Assembly: GCA_045863395.1 (NCBI GenBank)
Contig: BTVJ01000011.1
Span: forward strand, 32,001-96,000
Reading direction: 5' to 3'
DNA: 64,000 bases
Source of the DNA: Myxococcales bacterium
GTDB lineage: Bacteria > Myxococcota_A > UBA9042 > JABWCM01 > BTVJ01
The notes below the pieces were generated by a model, which worked only from the letters and a program-made list of their open reading frames with translations, was not told the origin of the DNA and did not search any database. The position numbers were made by a program, and so were the translations under genes. Within the stretch, counting starts at the first letter, position 1, and each line of letters starts with the position of its first letter. This document shows positions 9,811 through 18,800 of this stretch, in pieces.

Positions 9811-12800
9811 ATGAAGGTCCGCTTCGCCTGCGCCATCGCGGCGCTGTTCCTCTTGGGTCTTGCTGCGTGCTCCGGCGAGGATGGGCCTGCCCCGCCCCCG
9901 GGGACCGATGTGGTGGATGGGGCGGGGGGCGTCGATGCAGAGCCGCAGGATGCGCAGCCCGACGCCACGGGTGAGCCGGACGCCCCGGATGCAGGTGGTG
10001 ACACCGCGGATGCGGGCACCGACGCCCCCGACCCCGCGGACGTGCCCGACACCACCGTCGCGGACGTGGACGCGACGGGCCCCGCCGAGCGGCTGCTCGT
10101 CACGGAGGTCATGAGGAACCCGAAGGCGGTGCCCGACGGGGACGGCGAGTGGATCGAGCTCACCAACGTGGGGGAGGTGCCGGTTGCTCTGGACGGCCTC
10201 CGGCTCCGCGACGACGGGACCGACGACCATGTGATCACCGGGTCCGGCGTGGTGCTCAAGCCGGGCGAGCTGGTCGTCGTCGGCTCGAACGGGGATCAGG
10301 GCCAGAACGGAGGCGCCCCGGTCGGCTACGTCTACAGCGGGTTCGTGCTCGGCAACGACGCGGACGCCGTGATCGTGGAGCGGGACGGCGTTGTGCTGGA
10401 CAGGGTGGCCTACGGGGCGGGGTGGCCAGACGTGGAGGGCTCCTCCTTCATGCTGGCCCCAAGCGCGATGGATGAGGCCGCCAACGACGCGCCCGGCGCC
10501 TGGTGCGCCTCCGTGACCCCCATGAGCGGCGGCGACCGCGGCACGCCGGGGGAGCCGAACCCTCCTTGTGTCGACCCGGTGGAGGCCGACTGCACGAACG
10601 GCACCGACGACGACGGCGACGGGGTCACGGACTGCGACGACTCGGACTGCTACGCCGCGCCCGCCTGCGCTCCCATCCCTCCCGGCGCGCTGGTGATCAC
10701 CGAGATCATGCAGAACCCGGACGCGGTGCAGGACACCGTCGGGGAGTGGATCGAGATCGCCAACACCACGGACATGCCCCTGGACCTGGACGGCCTCGTG
10801 CTAGCCAAGGCGTCGGGCACGAAGCACGTGATCTCCAACGGGGGGCCGCTGCTGGTGGCGCCCGGGGGGCTCATCGTGCTCGGCGCGAGCGCCGACACCG
10901 CCGCCAACGGCGGGGCGCCCGTCGCCTACACCTGGAGCGGGTACTCTCTCGGCAATGGCGCGGACGACGTGATCCTGCGCTCTGGCGACCTCGTCGTCGA
11001 TCAGGTCGCGTGGGACGATGGCGCGACGTTCCCTGACCCCACCGGAGCGTCCATGGCGCTGTCCCCTGATGCTCTGGACGCGGACGCCAACGACGCCGGG
11101 GCCGCGTGGTGCGCCTCGACGGCGCCGTTTGGGGCAGGCGACCTGGGCACACCGGGGCTTCCCAACCCGCCGTGCGAGCCCCCGCTCTGCGGCAATGGGG
11201 AGCCCGATCCCGGCGAGGTGTGCGACGACGGCAACCAGGTCCCGGGGGACGGCTGCGAGCCCAACTGCAAGGTGACCCCCGGCGGGTGTGGCGACGGCAA
11301 GATGAACCCGGGCGAGGAGTGCGACGACGGCAACCTGAAGGCCGGCGACGGGTGCTCCCCCTCCTGCGAGCTGGAGCAGGCCCTGCCCCCCGGGGCCCTG
11401 CTGATCACCGAGATCATGGTCAACCCCAAGGCCGTGGACGACCCCAAGGGCGAGTGGTTCGAGGTGCTGAACACGACCGTGCTGCCCGTCGACCTGGCGG
11501 GCTTCACCATCGGCGACGGCCAGACCGACCTGCACGTCATCACGCCGAAGAAGCCGCTGCTGCTGGCCCCGGGCAAGCGCTTCGTCCTCGGGCCCAACGA
11601 CGACGTCAACACGAACGGCGGGCTGATCGTCGACTATGCCTACGGCGCCGACCTGGTCCTGGGCAACGGGGGCGACACCTTGTTCATCGCGTACGGCAAG
11701 GTAGTCGACTCCGTGACGTGGACCTTCCCCGCGTTCCCGGGCTTCGAGGGGCGCGCCATGCAGCTCGCCCCGGAGCACCACTCGGCCGTGGCCAACGACC
11801 TGGCGTCGAGCTGGTGCGGGGCGACCGCGGTCTATGGGGCCGGCGACTTCGGGACCCCGGGGGCACCCAACACGCCCTGCGTCCCGTGCGGCAACGGGAC
11901 CAAGGAGCCGGAGGAGCAGTGCGACGACGGCAACTTCGTGTCCGGCGACGGGTGCGAGCCCGACTGCACACTGACGCCCCCGCCGTGCGGGAACGGGAAG
12001 CCTGACGCTGGGGAGCAGTGCGACGACGGGAACGACGTGCCCGGGGACGGGTGCGAGCCGGACTGCACCCTGACGCCGCCGCTGTGCGGGAACGGGGCGC
12101 TGGACGACGGGGAGGAGTGCGACGACGGGAACGCAGACGGCCTGGATGGCTGCGACGCAGACTGCAAGGTGGAGGTGGCGCCCGGGGACGTGGTGATCAC
12201 CGAGATCATGCAGAACCCCGCGGCGGTGGCGGACGCGGACGGGGAGTGGTTCGAGGTGCGGAACCTGCGGGATCACGACATCCCGCTCGGGGGCTGGACC
12301 ATCGCCGACATGGGGACGGACCTGCACGTCATCGGCGACCTCGTGCTGCCCGCGGGTGGGGTCCTGGTGCTCGGCAACAACGCCGAGATGGGCACCAACG
12401 GCGGCGCTCCCGTGGACTACCAGTACGCGGGGGTCGTCCTCGGCAACGGCGCCGACTCCATCGTGCTCTCGCGCGCGGGGGTCGTCATCGACCAGGTGGC
12501 GTGGGACGACGGGCTCACCTTCCCCGACCCGGACGGCGCCTCCATGCAGCTCGACGCGACGAAGCTCGATGCCGGCATCAACGATCTCGGCGGCGCCTGG
12601 TGCGTCGGGCAGGTCCCCTATGGGGCGGGCGACCGGGGAACGCCCGGCGGCGCCAACCTGCCGTGTACGGGGCTCGTGAAGTGCGGCGACGGCGCCTGTG
12701 ACCCGGATGCCGGCGAGGACTGCCGGACCTGCACCGGCGACTGCGGCCCGTGCGACGGCTGTCTGCCCGCGGCTGCGGCCGGCTGCGGCGGCTGCGCCTG

Positions 12801-15800
12801 CGAGGCCTGCGTGTGTGGCGACGACGCGTTCTGCTGTGACGTGGCGTGGGATCTGGCGTGCGCCCTCGGCTGCTCCGCCTGCGGCGCCGCGTGCCAGAGC
12901 GACGGGTGCAGCCCATCCGTGTTGCCTGGATGCGGCCAGTGTGCCTGCGAGGCCGCGGTGTGTGCCGCGGACCCCTCCTGCTGCGACGTCGCGTGGGACG
13001 ATGGGTGCGTGGCGGCGTGCGTTGCGGCCGGGGGCGACTGCGGCTCGGACGGGTGCTCCGTGAGCGCTCTGCCCGGGTGCGACGGCTGCGGCTGCGAGGC
13101 CTGCGTCTGCGCCCAGGACCCGAGCTGCTGTGACGTCGCGTGGGACATCCAATGCGTGCAGCGCTGCTTCGAGTGCTCCGGGGGGTGCCTGTCCGACGGG
13201 TGTGCGGCGAGCGCGCTGCCCGGGTGCAACGGCTGCGCCTGCGAGGCCGCCGTGTGCGGCGACGACGCCTGGTGCTGCGAGGTCGCCTGGGATGTGAGCT
13301 GCGCCGCCGCGTGCGGGGCGACGCAGGACTGCGGCTCTGACGGGTGCGCGGTGAGCCAGCTCGCTGGCTGCGGAAGCTGCGCGTGCGAGGCGGACGTCTG
13401 CGCCGGGGACCCGATCTGCTGTGAGGTCGCCTGGGACGCGAGCTGCGCCGCGGCCTGTGCGGCCACCCAGGACTGCGGCTCCGACGGGTGCTCGCCGAGC
13501 GTGCGGCCCGGGTGCGGAGGGTGCGCGTGCGAGGCGGCGGTCTGTGCGGCAGACCCGGCGTGCTGCGACGTGGCGTGGGACCTGCGCTGCGCGCTGGCCT
13601 GCAGCGCCACCCAGGACTGCGGGACCGATGGGTGCTCCCCGTCGGTGGCCGGCGGGTGCGGTGGGTGTGCGTGCGAAGCCGCGGTGTGCGCGGCGGATCC
13701 GGCGTGCTGTGACGTGGCCTGGGACGCGGCGTGCGTCGTTGCGTGCCTGGCGCACCAGGACTGCGGCTTCTCTTGCGGAGACGGCACGCTGGAGCCCGGT
13801 GAGCAGTGCGACCAGGGCGCCTCCAACAGCGACACGGAGCCCGGGGCGTGCCGGACGAGCTGCGAGCCCGCCTGGTGCGGGGACGGCGTGACGGACCCCG
13901 GTGAGAGCTGCGACGACGGCAACGATGCGCCTGGTGACGGCTGCGCCTCGTGCCTGGTGGAGACCCCCGCCGTGGGTCCGGGCGATCTCGTCATCACGGA
14001 GATCATGCAGAACCCGGCCGCGGTGTCGGATGCGCTCGGAGAGTGGTTCGAGGTGAAGAACACGACCTCGGCGACCCTGGATCTGAGCGGGCTCGTCATC
14101 CGCGACAACGGCACCGACTCCCACGTGATCGAAGGGGGGCCGCAGGTGCTCCTGGGACCGGGCGCGGTCCTGGCGCTGGGCAACAACGGGAACCCGGCGA
14201 CCAACGGCGGCGCCCCGGTGGGCTACCAATACAGCGGCGTCACCCTCGGCAACACCAGCGATGCGATCATCGTGATGGCCGGCGCGGTGGTCATCGACCA
14301 GGTGGCGTGGGACGACGGCGCCACCTTCCCAAAGCCCAACGGGGCCTCCATGAGCCTGGACCCGAGCGCCACGGACGCGGCGGCCAACGACCTTGGGGCC
14401 GCGTGGTGCCTGGGAACGACCGGCTACGGCGCTGGCGACATGGGGACGCCCGGCGCTCCCAACCCCGTCTGCCCGGCCTGCGGCGACGGGGTCTGCGGCG
14501 ACTTGGAGATCTGCGCGACCTGCCCGGGGGACTGCGGCGCATGCAGCGACGGGTGCACCGAGAGCCCGTGGCCTGGTTGCAGTGGGTGTGCTTGCGAGGC
14601 GTGCGTCTGCGCCGCCGACTCCTTCTGCTGCGACACCGCGTGGGACGCCGCGTGCGTCACCCTCTGCGCCCTCGACTGCCAGGGCTGCTCCACCTGCGGC
14701 AACGGCCAGGTGGAGCCCGGCGAGGAGTGCGACGACGGTGGTGAGGAGGACGGCGACGGGTGCTCGGCGGAGTGCGCCGTCGAGGTGACTTCGCCCTACC
14801 CCGGCTCCTTGGTGATCACCGAGATCATGGCGGATCCCGTGGCGGTGAGCGACCTGACCGGAGAGTGGGTCGAGGTCCTGAACGTGACCTCGACGCCCCT
14901 CACGCTGGATGGCCTCCAGCTCGCGGACGCCAGCGGCGCGACGTTCACGGTGGCGCCTGCGGTGCCGCTGGTGGTGGCTCCCGGCGCGCGGGTCGTCTTC
15001 GGGCTGAGCGGGACCGAGGGCGACAACGGCGGCGTGGCCGTGGACGTGGTGTACGGCGGCTTCGCGCTCGGCGACGCGGGGGACACCGTCACCCTGCTGC
15101 ATGGGGGGAAGGTGGTGGATCAGGTGGCCTACGGGCCGCCGTTCCCCCTGGTGCCGGGGCGCTCCATGAGCCTCGACCCCGGGCTGACCACGGCGGCAGA
15201 CAACGACGACGCGGAGAGCTGGTGCGCGGGCAACCAGCCCTTCGGTGACGGTGACCTGGGGACGCCCGGCGCGCCGAACCCGCCGTGCGGGAGCGGCTTC
15301 TGCGGCAATGGCCTCGTTGAGAGCGGTGAAGAGTGCGACCACGGTGGTGCCAACAGCGACACGGAGCCCGACGCCTGCCGCACCGACTGCCGCGCTCCCT
15401 CGTGCGGCGACGGGGTGACCGACACCGGCGAGAGCTGCGACGACGGCAACGACGAGCCGGGGGATGGGTGCGAGGTGGACTGCAAGGCCACCGGCGAGCA
15501 GGACTGCGGGAACGGGACGGTGGAGCTCCCCGAGGAGTGCGACGACGGCAACGACGACCCGACGGATGGGTGTACGGAGTGCGAGTGGTCTGCGCTCCCG
15601 GTCCAGGCTGGGGCCCTCGTGATCACGGAGATCCTGGCGGTCTCCAAGGCGACCCCCTCGCCGGCCGGTGCCTGGATCGAGATCTACAACCCGGGAGTCT
15701 CGCCCGTTGACGTGCGCCTCCTCGTGGTGAGCGACGGTGCAGGGGGCCTCCACACCATCGCCGGTGGACCCGATCCCCGTCTGGTCCCGCCCGGCGAGTT

Positions 15801-18800
15801 TGCGGTGCTCGGCGCGGCAGGCCCCGCCGTCAATGGTGGCGTAGCCGTACTGGACACCTGGGGTGGCGCCATCGCCCTGGGCCCCGCGGGGGGCAACCTC
15901 GTGCGGCTGATCTCGCCCGCCGGGGTCGTCGATGAGGTGTACTACGGCGAGGCCGCCTTCCCGCCCCTGGTGGCGGGCGTGAGCATCGAGCTGGACCAGG
16001 GCTACCTCGACGAGCTGTCCAATGACGAGGGCGGGCGGTGGTGCCCGTCTCAGAAGGTGTTCGGCGCAGGGGATCAGGGGTCGCCCGGGGCAGGTGGCCA
16101 CGACTGCTCGGCGATCCCCGCGTGTGGCAACGGCATCGTGGAGCTCGGGGAGTCCTGCGACGACGGCAACGACGTGGGCGGTGATGGGTGCTCCGAGGGC
16201 TGCGTCACCGAGGAGTGGCCCCAGCCGGGGCCCGGCGAGCTCGTGATCACGGAGATCATGCAGAACCCGGCCGCCGTGGATGATGCGGGCGGGGAGTGGT
16301 TCGAGGTGCGCAACGTGACCGGCGACACGCTGGACCTGAGCGGCGTGGTCATGAAGGACCTGGGCTCGGACGTGCACGTGATCTCGCCGGAGCACCCCCT
16401 GCTCGTGGCGGCCGGCGCTCACCTCGTGCTCGGCCGGTCCTCGGACGTCGGCGGGGGGCTCGCCCCGGGCTATGTCTACGCGGGCTTCACGCTGGGCAAC
16501 GCGTCGGACGCCATCGTCCTGGAGGGGGCCGCGGGGCTCATCGACGCGGTGGCTTACGACAACGGCCTCACGTTCCCCGACCCGGACGGCGCCTCGATGA
16601 GCCTGGACCCGGAGGCGACCACCGCGGCGGCCAACGACCTGGGCGCCAACTGGTGCGCAGGCAAGACCCCCTACGGCGCCGGTGATCTGGGGAGCCCGGG
16701 GGCAGCCAACCCGCCCTGCTCGTCGTGCGGCGACGGCGTGGAGGATCCGGGCGAGGACTGCGACGACGGCAATGACGAGGGCGGGGACGGCTGTGAGCCG
16801 GACTGCACGCTCACGCCGGACTGCGGCAACGGCGTGGTGGAGGCGGGGGAGCAGTGCGACGACGGCAACGAGGCCAGCGGGGACGGCTGCTCCGGATGCC
16901 TGGTGGACTCATTCCCGGCGCCTGGCCTGGGAGACGTCGTGATCACGGAGATCATGGTGGACCCGGTGGCGCTCCCCGACGCCCTCGGCGAGTGGATCGA
17001 GGTGTACAACAACACGGCCGGGATCCTGGACCTGAGCGGCGTCGTCCTGCGGGACAACGGCGGCGAGGCGGTCGTGCTGTCTCCCGCGAAGGCGCTGTGG
17101 ATCAAGCCGGGCCAGCACCTGGTCCTCGCGCGCACGGACGCGGCGGGGGTGGACCCCGCGGCCGTCTACGGCGACGCCTTCACCCTGGACGACGACGCCG
17201 ACGAGGTGATCCTCGAGGGGCCGGCCGGCTTCATCGACCAGGTCCAGTACAGCGTCGAGGGGGGGTTCCCGCTGGCGCAGGGCGCGTCCATGAGCCTCGG
17301 GTCGGAGACGACCACGGCCTTCCTCAACGACCTGGCGCTGGCCTGGTGCGTGGCGACGACGCCCTTCGCCAGCGGCGATCTCGGGACCCCCGGCGCGCCC
17401 AACCCCGCCTGCCCGTACTGCGGCAACGGTGTGTCCGAGGGCGGCGAGGCCTGCGACGACGGCAACCAGGACACGGGCGACGGGTGCGAGCCCGACTGCA
17501 CGCTGACCCCGGACTGCGGCAACGGCGTCGTCGAGGCCGGTGAGGCCTGCGACGACGGCAACGAGGTCAGCGGGGACGGCTGCTCCGCGGACTGCGCGGT
17601 GGAGATCATCGGCCACCCGCCCGCCGGTGCCGTCGTGATCACCGAGATCATGCAGAACCCGGAGGCGGTCCCTGATGCGGCCGGGGAGTGGGTCGAGCTC
17701 ACCAGTGTCGGGACGGTCGCCTACGACCTGTCCGGCGTCGTGCTGCGGGACGACGACGGCGAGGCGGTGACCCTGTCGCCCACGGCGCCGCTCCTGCTCC
17801 CGCCCGGTGGGGTGCTGCTCCTTGGGCGCAGCGGGGACCTGGGCGGCGGTCTGGCGCCGGACTGGGTGTACGGCGGAGGCTTCTCGCTACTGAACGGGGC
17901 GGACGGCGTCATCTTGGAGGGGGAGCTCGGCATCATCGACGTGGTGCGCTACGACGACGGCGTGACCTTCCCGGATCCCATCGGGCGCTCCATGAGCCTC
18001 TCGCCGGACATGACCGACGCCGTGGCCAATGACGACGGCGCCGCGTGGTGTGAGGGGTTCGTCGCCTATGGGGCCGGCGACTTCGGGACCCCCGGCGCGC
18101 CCAACCCGCCGTGCCCGGTGTGCGGAGACGGCGCCGTCGAGGGGTGGGAGGAGTGCGACGACGGCAACGACGAGGGCGGCGACGGCTGTGAGGTGGACTG
18201 CACCGTCACGCCGGCTGCCTGCGGCAACGGCCTGCTGGACGCGGGGGAGGAGTGCGACGACGGCAACGAGGACGACGGCGACGGCTGCGACTCGGCGTGC
18301 TTCTTCGAGTTCAAGCCGCCGGCGCCGGGGCAGCTCGTGATCACCGAGATCATGCGCGACCCGGTGGGCGCGGGGACGTGGTGGGTGGAGGTGACCAACG
18401 TGGCTGGCGTGGCGTTGGACCTCGATGGCCTGGCCCTCGCCGACGACGGGACGGACCTGTACCTGGTCGCGTCCGCGGCTCCGGTGCCCCTGTTGCCTGG
18501 AGAGGCGTTCGTGTTCGCCGCCGACGGAGACCTGGAGACCAACGGCGGTGTGCCCGTGGACCACGTCGTCGCCGGGTTCTCGCTGGATGCCGACCAGGAC
18601 CAGGTCATCTTGCTGGGCGAGCTGGGCGTCCTGGACCGGGTGGCCTACGACGACGGCTTCCCGTCGCTGCCCGGGGCGTCCATGGCGCTCGACCCGGGGC
18701 TGTACGATGCGGTGGACAACGACCTGCCCGAGGCGTGGTGCCTGGGGGCACTGCCGTATGGAGCCGGCGGCCTCGGCACGCCAGGCGCAGTCAACCCGCC

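Noticed and set aside
12750..13770. CRISPR-like periodic repeats
   Set aside because: Degenerate in-frame coding repeats of about 141-147 bp, not constant repeats with unique spacers; no cas genes
10801..16422. 1873-aa minus-strand ORF and other long antisense ORFs (e.g. 39030-42599, 34556-37318, 19876-22134, 58380-60068)
   Set aside because: Shadow frames of high-GC3 genes on the opposite strand; Arg/Ala/Gly/His-rich with no motifs
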